Below, one piece after another: positions 10,939 to 20,382 of a DNA stretch of 64,000 nucleotides. The stretch is from Porphyridium purpureum (taxonomy: Eukaryota). The notes below the pieces were generated by a model that was not told where the DNA came from, made no database searches, and was given only the letters and a program-made list of their open reading frames with translations. Made by a program: the position numbers and the translations under genes. Within the stretch, counting starts at the first letter, position 1; the number at the start of each line of letters is the position of its first letter. The DNA lies in assembly GCA_008690995.1 (NCBI GenBank), contig VRMN01000001.1:1922001-1986000 (forward strand), in the 5' to 3' direction.

Positions 10939-12198
10939 ATGGCGTACGTCAATCTGTCGGGGTGGCATCGGCATGTGGTCCCGGTATCATCGGCGCTGGC
11001 GCCAGCGGCTCGATGCGTGCACTCGCTTGCGTGGAGGAAAGCAAACTTCCATGAACAGGAGCAGCGACGGCAATGGCAGCCCGGTGTCCTAGCTCGATCA
11101 AAGCGGCACTCGTTTCGATCCCGACTGCTCCGGTGCGCAGCAACCGCCGCTGTGTCATCGTCATCATCGCTAGGAGAAGTGCCGAAGAAGGTGGTCTTCC
11201 TGGGCACACCGGAGGTGGCGGCCTGTGCGTTGAAAGTGCTGCTGTCCAAGGAAGAGTGTGCGAAGAGAGTCAAGAGACATGGTGTAGAAGTGAGTCTAGT
11301 GGTTTCGCAGCCGCCGGCGCCGGCTAAGCGCAGTGCAAAGAAGTTGGTGCCATCTCCAGTGCATGCGCTCGCAGATCAAGCGGGCGTGCAGGTGTGGACA
11401 CCGGAACGTGCGCGCGATGCGGCGTTCTTGGAGAACCTTCGCGAGCTGGCTCCCGACTTGTGCATCACCGTCGCGTACGGGCAGATCCTTCCTCGCTCGT
11501 TTCTGGATATCCCCAAATTTGGAACGCTCAACATCCACCCAAGCTTGCTGCCCAAATATCGCGGCGCCGCACCTGTCCCTCGCGCCCTCCAGGCGGGCGA
11601 CGAGATTACTGGCGTGTCGGTCCTGTTCACGGTGTTTGAGATGGACGCCGGGCCCCTGGTGGCGCAGGCGGTGCGCAAGTTGGAAGGCGACGAGCATGCC
11701 GACGAACTGCTGGTCGAGCTCCTAGAACAAGGAATGCACATGATTCTTGACCTTCTAGACGACCTGTTTGAGGGCACACTGCAGTCTACGGACCAGGACG
11801 CCAGCGCCGTCTCGCACGCGCCAAAAATGACCGCGGATGATGGCCGCGTGACGTTCACCCAGAATGCGCGCATGGTGCACAATCAGATCCGCGCGTTTGC
11901 CAGCAATCCGGGCACATTTGCCGATTTCGAAATCTGGGAAGAAGGCGCAGCGCTTCCCGAACCTGTGAGGTTAAAAATTCTGAGGACGCGTGTAGCACGC
12001 GCAGAAGGCGGTTTCCGTTTGGGCGTGCATGATGTAGTCTTTGACAAGTCTGAAAAGGCTTTGCGGGTGGTATGCGATGACGGATCTGAGCTCTTTGTGG
12101 ATATGGTCACTCCTGTCGGCAAGAAAGCCATGGATGCTAGGAGCTTCTGGAACGGCATGCGCGGGCGCGCTCTGAAACGTGCCAGAATCGGGTGGTGA
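10939..12198 (+). CDS. fmt: Organellar methionyl-tRNA formyltransferase with N-terminal targeting peptide
   Basis: VVFLGTP, VVSQPP, VAYGQILP, NIHPSLLPKYRGAAP, MDAGP and HAPK motifs. Likely start MAYV at 10939; alternative ATG at 10894. Confidence 0.93.
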   Translation: MAYVNLSGWHRHVVPVSSALAPAARCVHSLAWRKANFHEQEQRRQWQPGVLARSKRHSFRSRLLRCAATAAVSSSSSLGEVPKKVVFLGTPEVAACALKVLLSKEECAKRVKRHGVEVSLVVSQPPAPAKRSAKKLVPSPVHALADQAGVQVWTPERARDAAFLENLRELAPDLCITVAYGQILPRSFLDIPKFGTLNIHPSLLPKYRGAAPVPRALQAGDEITGVSVLFTVFEMDAGPLVAQAVRKLEGDEHADELLVELLEQGMHMILDLLDDLFEGTLQSTDQDASAVSHAPKMTADDGRVTFTQNARMVHNQIRAFASNPGTFADFEIWEEGAALPEPVRLKILRTRVARAEGGFRLGVHDVVFDKSEKALRVVCDDGSELFVDMVTPVGKKAMDARSFWNGMRGRALKRARIGW

Positions 12199-12601
12199 CC
12201 TTTCTGGACGTTCAACGTCAATACGAAGCATAGAGCTTCGTCATTCCAGAACAGAACGCACTAGCCCTCCCTCGTCTGTGCTGGCCCGTTGATAGTCACT
12301 GTCGAAACATTCGGACCTAGATCGCGGCAAGGGATACCGCAGTGTTGAGTCGCACCGGCCGGTGCAGCCTGCAATGTAGGCTTCAAAGGGGAATGTCCTC
12401 TCGATCTCTGGCCAAGCCGTGGCGATCTCGAGTGACATGCACACCACTTTCAGGCGCAGCGTTTTAGAGTCGCTTGAAGTTCAATATAAAAGAAGACTAT
12501 TCTAACGGATAATCAAAACGAGACAAAGCAAGATCGCCACGCCTCCAACAGACAGAACAAGACACCCCGGAGCCGGAGCCAAAAATGACGGAGTTAGAAG
12601 A

Positions 12602-15600
12602 TTAAAGGTCATCTTCACTGTCCGAACCGTTGCAGCCCTTGACATACGTGCCGTTCTTGATCTGCGCGGCACGTTTTCTTTCGAGCTTCTTCTTATCGGC
12701 GCGGGACAGTGCCTTTTTCTTCTGCTGCTGCACCTTCACGGTGTTGCCAAATGCGTCGACCATTTCCTCGATCTGCTTGATCTCGACCTTTTCTTGTTGC
12801 ACCGTCTTCAGCCAATCCTGGTCACCCTCCAGAATGAGCTTTGCTGCTTCTGTCTCAGTGGCAGGTTGCATGTTCCACACCTCCGGGCACACGGCAGACG
12901 TAAACTCACTGTTGTGTGAGATCACAACCACACCGCCCTCGAAAGACTTGATCGCTTCGGCCAGCGCGCCAAGAGACTCGCGATCCAAGTAGTTCGTGGG
13001 CTCATCCAGAATCACAATGTGCGGATGATTCCACATGGCAGCGGCCAGCACAACTTTCACTTTCTGGCCACCACTGAGCTGGCCAATGCGGCAATGAGTG
13101 CCGTATTCCTTGTCCAGGCCAATGTTTTCAAGGTGCTTCTCCACGTTGGAGCTCGTCAGTGGTGTTTGGAACGCTGCACTGCGCGACGCCACCTTTTCGT
13201 CGACCTTCTTGAGCTCCTTACCCCAACCAATCTTCTCGAGCTTATCAATGTTCAGCCACGCAGTGAAGGTTGCCGGCTTCCCTTCGAATTTGACCTCATA
13301 CTCATACTCATTCTTAGTACCCTTCGCGGTGCGGCGCTGGCCGGTAAGCGATCGGATGACAACGTTTTCCTTGTACTCCTTCAGGCCGTCCTCCGACTTC
13401 CAGCGGTATTCAAACTTTTGCTTCATCACCTTCAGTTCATCATCGGTGGCGGTCATTGAGTCCTTCACCAAAGCCTCCTTGTCATCGCCATACTCGTACC
13501 GCCACTGGATGTACTGGTTGGGCGTCTTGTCAAGATGCATCTCAATGTGATGGAACGCGTGCTGTGCGACATATGCGACACGTGCGTTCGGATGCTTCCA
13601 CACATTACCAATCTGGGGTTCAACCTCTCCCGTCAGTAGCTTGATGATCGTCGATTTACCCGCTCCGTTCGGACCAATGCACGCAACGCGCGACGACAGC
13701 GACACACGAATGGTCACACCGGACACCTGCGGACGGTGCACACCCGGGTACGTGAACTCCACGCCATCCATCTTCATGATGGGCTTCCCTTTGGACGTAA
13801 TGCCCTCCAAATTGCCCGGCTGCGGGAACTTGAACGACAGGTTGGTGGCCTTCAATTCAAAGTATGACTTGGCGCGCGGCTCACGCTTCACGAACTCGGA
13901 CAGGTTGCCCTTGAAGATGCGCAACTTGAGTGCCTCAATCTGGATAATGTGCGTGCAGACCCGCTCCAACAAGCCCGAATCGTGCGAGCACATGATCGAG
14001 GTGACGTTAGTCAAATTATTCAAGTAGTCCTCCACCCACTTCACGTTCACAACATCCAAATGGTTCGTGGGCTCGTCCAAAAGCAGGATATCGGCTCTCT
14101 GAAGCATAGCACGACCGAGGGCGAGTTTCATGCGCCAGCCCCCGGACAAGTGGCTCACGGCACCCTTGAGCATGGTTGGCGTAAAGCCGACCGACGACAG
14201 CACATTCGTGATCTCCTCGCGCGGAATATTCACGGCCTGGATCTTAGGATCCGCGTAAATGTAGTCGACCACGGCAAGGTGGGACAGCTCACCCAAGATA
14301 TCCGCCTCCACGAAAACCGTGCGCACCTCGTCTGCCGGCGGGAAGCCATCAACCTGGCCATTAGCGATTGCGCGCATGAGTGTAGTCTTGCCGCACTCGT
14401 TCGGGCCAACCAAACCGTATCGAAAGCCACGCTTCAGCGTCATCCTCGTGTTGTTCAGCAACACCTTGCTACCATAGGCCAACGAAAACTTGCAGTCGCA
14501 TAGCAGTTCCGCATCTGTGTCTTCCTCCTCCTCTTCTTCAGCTACCATGTACTTGGAGCACTTTTCGAGACACTGCTTCGCAAACTCCTCCACGCTCAGT
14601 GTGCACTCAAAAGGCTTGAGGTAAGCCGCTGTGTTTGCTTGCCAGGCCTCAATGTCGGTTATGGCGGCGTCAATCAATGCGACAAAACAAGTTGCCATAA
14701 ATGACAAAATCTCAGTCGACACTGCGCCTTCTGCCTTCATCACCTCCTCAACAGCCTTGAGGGTGGTGCCATAGTCGGCCACTGGCGGCTGCGGTGGCAT
14801 ACCCACGCCATCGAACGCGCGCTGGAGAATTTCGCTCGCGTTGCTGCACACCTGGCGCGCCTCCGGGTCTGAGATCTGCTCAGCTGCGTCCTGCAGTGCC
14901 GGCATCAATGTCGGCATGAATGGTGCCACGTCGCGCTGTCGCTCTACAAGTTTGGCCATGTTTTCAATAATTCGAGCGCACATGCGCATCACCGGTGTTT
15001 TGCGCGTTTGGAAGCCGCGCTTCAGCAGGGGTACTGTAATCGCCAGCGCGTTGCATTCGACCTGCTGCACAAAAGTTGTGGCCGCCAGCTTGAACACGGC
15101 GTCCTCCACCTCTGCCGGGTTCTTGAGCGCTGAAATCAAGGCTGGAACCAGAGGCTGAATGTCCGTGTTGTCGATAGACGCGCATCCGGCCTCAATTGTT
15201 TTGACCGCATGTTCGGCAACCACCGCCTTGGCGTCGTTCATCAGGGCCGAAACTGGCGGAACGAGGTCCGGCATGCACGAGCCAATCTCCTCAGGCGCCT
15301 CATTGGCAATCTTCAGGATGATTTGGAGCGCACCAGCTTGAGTTTGGAATTTATGGTCCTGGCCCAACATCTTGAGCGCGGCGGGGAGCGCGAACATCTT
15401 CTTACCCTGGGAGGACAAGGCGCCCACAATGGCGTCCAGCGCCTCCTCCGCCGCGGTCTGCGATGCCTTTCCGGCCTTGTCAGCGAGTAGCACGAACAGT
15501 GGCTCGAGCAAGCGTACCAAGAAGGGCTCCGACACGGCGCCACAACAACTGAGCACTGCCTTGACTCCCTTGGCCGCTGCCTCGCGCTCGGTCGCCTTCT

Positions 15601-15817
15601 TCTTGTCCGAGCCCGCCAGCACCTCGGCCAGCTTGTCCAGCACGGGCGCCTGCTTGCTGAGCGCCACCGCGCCGCCGGCGCCGGCGCCCTTGACGGCTTC
15701 CGCAAACGCCGCGGCTCTGGCGTCCATTTCCTCCTTCTTCGCGGCCATAAGCGCGTCGAACGCCGCGTTGACCGCGGCGAGATCGCCCGTGGCGGGCTCC
15801 TTCAGCGTCCCGACCAT
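12602..15817 (-). CDS. YEF3: Translation elongation factor 3 (eEF3/YEF3-like ABC protein)
   Basis: HEAT region (LAATTFVQQV), FSLAYGSKVLL, ABC1 GPNECGKTT/LSGGW/LDEPTNHLD, ABC2 GPNGAGKST/LSGGQ with chromodomain-like insert (YEYEVKF), and a basic tail. First ATG is at 15817; the ORF is open to 15895, and a short upstream exon is possible. Confidence 0.92.
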   Translation of the reverse strand: MVGTLKEPATGDLAAVNAAFDALMAAKKEEMDARAAAFAEAVKGAGAGGAVALSKQAPVLDKLAEVLAGSDKKKATEREAAAKGVKAVLSCCGAVSEPFLVRLLEPLFVLLADKAGKASQTAAEEALDAIVGALSSQGKKMFALPAALKMLGQDHKFQTQAGALQIILKIANEAPEEIGSCMPDLVPPVSALMNDAKAVVAEHAVKTIEAGCASIDNTDIQPLVPALISALKNPAEVEDAVFKLAATTFVQQVECNALAITVPLLKRGFQTRKTPVMRMCARIIENMAKLVERQRDVAPFMPTLMPALQDAAEQISDPEARQVCSNASEILQRAFDGVGMPPQPPVADYGTTLKAVEEVMKAEGAVSTEILSFMATCFVALIDAAITDIEAWQANTAAYLKPFECTLSVEEFAKQCLEKCSKYMVAEEEEEEDTDAELLCDCKFSLAYGSKVLLNNTRMTLKRGFRYGLVGPNECGKTTLMRAIANGQVDGFPPADEVRTVFVEADILGELSHLAVVDYIYADPKIQAVNIPREEITNVLSSVGFTPTMLKGAVSHLSGGWRMKLALGRAMLQRADILLLDEPTNHLDVVNVKWVEDYLNNLTNVTSIMCSHDSGLLERVCTHIIQIEALKLRIFKGNLSEFVKREPRAKSYFELKATNLSFKFPQPGNLEGITSKGKPIMKMDGVEFTYPGVHRPQVSGVTIRVSLSSRVACIGPNGAGKSTIIKLLTGEVEPQIGNVWKHPNARVAYVAQHAFHHIEMHLDKTPNQYIQWRYEYGDDKEALVKDSMTATDDELKVMKQKFEYRWKSEDGLKEYKENVVIRSLTGQRRTAKGTKNEYEYEVKFEGKPATFTAWLNIDKLEKIGWGKELKKVDEKVASRSAAFQTPLTSSNVEKHLENIGLDKEYGTHCRIGQLSGGQKVKVVLAAAMWNHPHIVILDEPTNYLDRESLGALAEAIKSFEGGVVVISHNSEFTSAVCPEVWNMQPATETEAAKLILEGDQDWLKTVQQEKVEIKQIEEMVDAFGNTVKVQQQKKKALSRADKKKLERKRAAQIKNGTYVKGCNGSDSEDDL

Positions 15818-15973
15818 GACGAGGACGGCTCGCGCTTTGTTCTCGTGCTTCTCGTGCTTCTCGTGCTCCTCGTCCCCTTGGTGCTCACCCAACACCTATC
15901 CCCCCACCCCTTCGCGTCTGCCCCTCTCACCCCCACCTCTCTCTCTCCCTCCCTCGCCAGGGTCCTGCACCAT

Positions 15974-17033
15974 TGCACAGCCACCCGCCGCCCCTCGAAC
16001 TTTATACCAGAATCGGCCGCGGCGGGCTGCTTTTTCTTTTCTTCGCGCGGCCCTTGTGGCGGCGCCACACACACGCACCCAGCGCGCGGTCCCCGACCCG
16101 CCCAGCCGCCATGCCGCATGGGCGCCCATTTCAGTAGTAAACGCGCGTCCACCGGCGGTTTCGTGGTGCACAGCGTCGCTTCAAAAAGAGCTTAAAAAAC
16201 GGCGTGCGACAGTTAAAAAAAACACGCCCACGCACAGAACACGCAGAAACACAGCGCATTTACGACAAGGGTCGTCGAGGTACAGCTGCGACCGGGCGGG
16301 ATTGTGGGGTTGGCGGTGTACTGCGTGTGGTGTACAGCGGAAGTTCACATGTGTTGCGCGCGTAAGCGGGAAAAGCGCGCGAGACGCGAAGTGCGAAATG
16401 GCATTGCAATGCCGCATTCCAGGTGCGCTCGCTCGTGGGGCGCGTGCGCGTGCCGCGCCGCCTGCGCGAAGATGTGCCGCGCGCGCGCGGATGTGTTGGG
16501 CTGTGGCCGGCCGAACGGAGTCGGGCGCGCGCGCAAGCGAGTCACGCCATGCGACTCGCACGCACATTCCCATGCGCCCGAGCCCCGCAGTCCAGCCCGC
16601 GCGAGCTGCAGATCGTGCCGAGGCCGCCGCACAGCTCCAATTTCGCAGCACGTCACGCAAAAAGACGATTTGCCGCAAACAGATTCCGGTGCAGATTTTC
16701 GTTTTGATCCACGCACGCGACTCGCTTCCCACTATCGGAAACAATGGGACTGGCGCACGCGAAATCTGCGCCATGCCGCCAGGTCCGTGGACTATAAAAT
16801 CCAGCCACGGCACAATGGCTGCGCGCCGACCCTCCTGCGAGAGCGCCCTCGCGTGCGTTCACCTGTTGCGTTGATTGCGAGACAGAGTAGGCGGTCGTTG
16901 GACTGTTTTGCCCTTGTGTCGAGCAGCGAATTGGGCGAGGGCCTTCTCCGCAGGAAAGAAGGGCAACGGACGCGCAGAAAGGATAGATCAGTAGCATCTG
17001 GGGCTGAGGCTCAGCACAAACGTGACAGCAAGC
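15974..17033. promoter_or_regulatory. Divergent promoter between eEF3 and the PEP-utiliser gene
   Basis: TATAAA on the minus strand at 16001-16006 and on the plus strand at 16793-16798; GCGC-rich core. Confidence 0.55.
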
Positions 17034-20003
17034 ATGGCGTTTCTTACGAAGAGGCTGGAGGACATCGAGGCGTCCGACGCATCGCGCATCACCCTCGGCG
17101 GCAAGGCGCTAAAGTGCTACGAGATGGCAAAGAATGGTTTCCCCGTGCCGCCGGCGTTCGTGGTGTCCACACTGGCGTACGACACCTTTGTGCAGGACGC
17201 AGGTTTGCTGGCTGACATGAATGCCGCGCTGGGAGGCAACACACTCGAACTCCGCAACGCTCTGTATAATTCGAGGAGCTCGTTCAACCGCATGTTCTCG
17301 GCTTTTGGGAGGGAAGCCTTTGCGCGTCGCCGGTCAATCCTGGCGAATCCGGCTCTGGAGGAGCAAATTCGAAATGAGGTTTCAGCGCGCGTGATAGTCC
17401 AGTCAGTGGAGGCACGCATTCGAGCAGGAAAGATTCCGCAGGCGCTGGTTGACGAGGTCACGGCACTGGTGGAGCTGTATCCTCCAGGCACGCGCTTTGC
17501 AGTCCGTTCCAGTGGGACATACGAAGACGATGCACTTGCGAGCTTCGCGGGGCAGTATGACACTTTTTTAAATCGGTCATCAGTAGAAGACATTTTGAAT
17601 GCGATAGTGCTGTGCTGGGCAAGCATGTGGCGCCCACATGTCCTCGAGTACCGTCGCACGCTGATGGAGCGCCAAGGGGATAACTTCACGAAGCCACCTC
17701 TGCCCAAGATGTGCGTGCTCGTCATGCAGCAGATTGACAGTCGCTCTGCGGGTGTGCTGTTCACGCGAAACCCTCTCAGTGGTGACGTGAATCAAGTTGT
17801 CATCGAAAGCGTCTGGGGTCAGGGTGAAGGCCTTGTGGGTGGCGAGTGCACGCCAGATCGTTTCATTTTTAGCCGCGTGGATCAAGTTGAGGTGTCAAGG
17901 GAGATCAGTTCTTTCAAAACACATATGTTTCGCCTCAGCGAGAGTCATGACGGTACGGAGAAAGTCGAGCTGTCGGACGAGTCCATGAAGACCGGCAGTT
18001 CGCTCAGCGAGTCAGATATTGGAAAGCTACTTACACTCGCATCCACGATTCACACTCACTATGGACGGGGCCAAGACGTCGAATGGGCTATTGACTACTC
18101 GGGCACTTTGTTTGTCCTGCAGACTCGCGACATCACGGTGGCAGGTGCTGGGGAGAATCCTTCGTTCGAGCCGCGTGCTGGGCGCATTGCGCCGTTTTAC
18201 CCACCAGGCCCTGGACCTTGGGTACTGGATACGGCGCATTTCGCCCGCCCAGTGTCCAAGTGGATGATCGAAATATATGCAGCACAAAATGTGTGCATCG
18301 GTCCCGACCCAGCCAGGAGCCCATTTGCTCGCGGATTTGAAACTGTGGGCGCCGGTATCTATGGATTGATGATCAGGGACGTCAACGGCTTTCTCTACAA
18401 TCAGCCTGTTCCGGTGACGGACGAGGACGAACTCATGAAGCGCGGCGGTAATGCTATCAAGTATTGGTCCGAAAAGGTATATCTGAAGGAATTGGAGACG
18501 TTTGATACGGAGTGGAAGGCGGCGCAACTGGCTGCACATCAGAAAGTGATTGAGATTTTGGATGCAGTCGACTTTGCTACTGCCTCGAATGAGGAGCTGG
18601 CTGACGTGACTGCAAAGGCGTACGACCATGCGGCCCGCTGCTGGCAGCGCCATCACGACTACACACACCTCGCGATTTTCGTACCGGCCGACGTGTTGAA
18701 CCACGTGAAGAAGTGGACCGGCTGCAGCGAGCTGGATGCGTATTCAGTTTTTGAAAATGCAAGTCCGGAATCGAAAGGACCGCTGAATTTGGAGGATCCT
18801 GTGGTGGAAGCGGCTATAGCGGCTATCAGAAGCTACGAGCCTGCTTATGAAATGTTGATGGAGTGGAGCGACGACGTGGAAGCTGGTTCCGCGGATGCAG
18901 GCGAGATTTGGAGCGTACTCTGTAATTCCCCGAATGAGCGAGTGAAGCTGGCCATGAAGGCGTTCCGGAACCGCTTCGGGTATCGTCTGATGACTAGCTA
19001 CGACCTCATCTCGCTGACCAACCTCGAACTTCCAGAGTTTCTGGTTTCTGCGCTTCACACAGTGTTGCAGCCGGACGCAAAGGAAAAAGAGGACAAGAAA
19101 GAGCAATATGCGATAGATGCCATTGCAGCCATGCGCGCTCGCGTGCCAGAGGATAAGCGCGATGAATTTGATACATTGGTACGCGACGGCAGAAATGTGT
19201 ACAGGGTCCGTGATGAACGAGGACTGGCGACAGACTTGACCGGAGTTGGGATTGCCCGCACGATTTTGCTAAGGGTCGCAGCCGCACTCGTGGCGCGTGG
19301 ACTCATTTCGCGTGCTGACCTTTTGCCCCATGCGTCGAAGGACGAGGCTCTCGCGCTCGTTTTGGGCAATGCGCACGACACGGCAGTTTCCAGTGTCGAG
19401 TTGGAACGCCGTGCAAAGTACGCTGGGCAAACCGATGCAAGCTCAGTGCCTAAAGTACTCGGGCCCGCCATGCCACCGCCACCTCCACCCGAGGGTCTGC
19501 CGGAGCTGGTCATGCGCACATTCTGGGCGTCTGTTGGAGGCGTGATGAGAGTATTCACAGCACCTGAAGTTAGTAGCAAGAAGACGAACGTAATCTGTGG
19601 GACGAGCGCCAGTCGCGGTGTGGTCCAGGGTCGCGCTTGTGTCGTGCGCAACCCGGCGGATGACCTGCCGCTGGTTAGAAAGGGTGACATTCTTGTCACA
19701 CTATCGACTTCGGCTGCATTCAATTCAGTCATTCCAATGCTCTCTGGCATTGTGGCGGATTACGGCGGCCTCTTATCGCATGCTGCAATTATATCTCGCG
19801 AATCAAATATTCCAGCAGTAGTGTCGTGTGGCACTGCCGTCGAGCGTATTTCTACCGGCATGATCATCCGCGTCGACGGCGAGGCTGGTGAAATCGAGAT
19901 CATAGACGACCTTGGCATCCGCGTCGATATGGCGAAAGTGCGCAGAGTCGAGGAGGATGACAATATGTTGCGTAAGGTTTCGACGTCAACATATTCTAAG
20001 TAG
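17034..20003 (+). CDS. PEP-utiliser superfamily phosphotransferase with rifampin-phosphotransferase/PigC-like architecture (ATP-grasp, middle domain, C-terminal phospho-His swivel)
   Basis: GGKA, AVRSS, SFAGQYDTFLN, GEGLVGG, DVEWA and LQTRDIT (PPDK_N); C-terminal GGLLSHAAIISRESNIPAVV; no pyruvate-binding TIM barrel after the His domain. Confidence 0.85.
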   Translation: MAFLTKRLEDIEASDASRITLGGKALKCYEMAKNGFPVPPAFVVSTLAYDTFVQDAGLLADMNAALGGNTLELRNALYNSRSSFNRMFSAFGREAFARRRSILANPALEEQIRNEVSARVIVQSVEARIRAGKIPQALVDEVTALVELYPPGTRFAVRSSGTYEDDALASFAGQYDTFLNRSSVEDILNAIVLCWASMWRPHVLEYRRTLMERQGDNFTKPPLPKMCVLVMQQIDSRSAGVLFTRNPLSGDVNQVVIESVWGQGEGLVGGECTPDRFIFSRVDQVEVSREISSFKTHMFRLSESHDGTEKVELSDESMKTGSSLSESDIGKLLTLASTIHTHYGRGQDVEWAIDYSGTLFVLQTRDITVAGAGENPSFEPRAGRIAPFYPPGPGPWVLDTAHFARPVSKWMIEIYAAQNVCIGPDPARSPFARGFETVGAGIYGLMIRDVNGFLYNQPVPVTDEDELMKRGGNAIKYWSEKVYLKELETFDTEWKAAQLAAHQKVIEILDAVDFATASNEELADVTAKAYDHAARCWQRHHDYTHLAIFVPADVLNHVKKWTGCSELDAYSVFENASPESKGPLNLEDPVVEAAIAAIRSYEPAYEMLMEWSDDVEAGSADAGEIWSVLCNSPNERVKLAMKAFRNRFGYRLMTSYDLISLTNLELPEFLVSALHTVLQPDAKEKEDKKEQYAIDAIAAMRARVPEDKRDEFDTLVRDGRNVYRVRDERGLATDLTGVGIARTILLRVAAALVARGLISRADLLPHASKDEALALVLGNAHDTAVSSVELERRAKYAGQTDASSVPKVLGPAMPPPPPPEGLPELVMRTFWASVGGVMRVFTAPEVSSKKTNVICGTSASRGVVQGRACVVRNPADDLPLVRKGDILVTLSTSAAFNSVIPMLSGIVADYGGLLSHAAIISRESNIPAVVSCGTAVERISTGMIIRVDGEAGEIEIIDDLGIRVDMAKVRRVEEDDNMLRKVSTSTYSK

Positions 20004-20382
20004 ATATCGAAACCCAGGGAAAGCAGAAAATGGATTTTACTCTTTGGAAAGCTAAACCTTCGTGCCTTGAAATCATCGAGCACAAGTTCTGCTTCAGGAA
20101 TGAAAGATTCAGTCTTTCCCAAGATGTTGTGCGCCCGAAAAACCACTCTGATGTTACCTCTTGCTGTGTGGTCCGCTCACTGACTCAGCTGTCGAAGTGT
20201 TGACTGCTACACGATGATTCGTTGTCTCGAGCCCCGCTGGTCAATGTCAAAAGGAAATGCAGAAATTTGTCGTTTTGTAGGAGGTTCATTTGACGAATGG
20301 AACTGGGCTGTCTAGTGCCAAATTCCGTTTAGTGTACAAGGAAGGAAACGACTCAAAATCAGAGAAAATATTACCACAAAAC

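Noticed and set aside
15372..16874. 500-aa plus-strand ORF overlapping the eEF3 start and promoter
   Set aside because: Low-complexity Ala/Ser/Arg product of GC-rich promoter DNA, antisense to eEF3.
17034..20003. Annotation as PEP synthase or PPDK
   Set aside because: The His domain is C-terminal and the pyruvate-binding barrel is absent.
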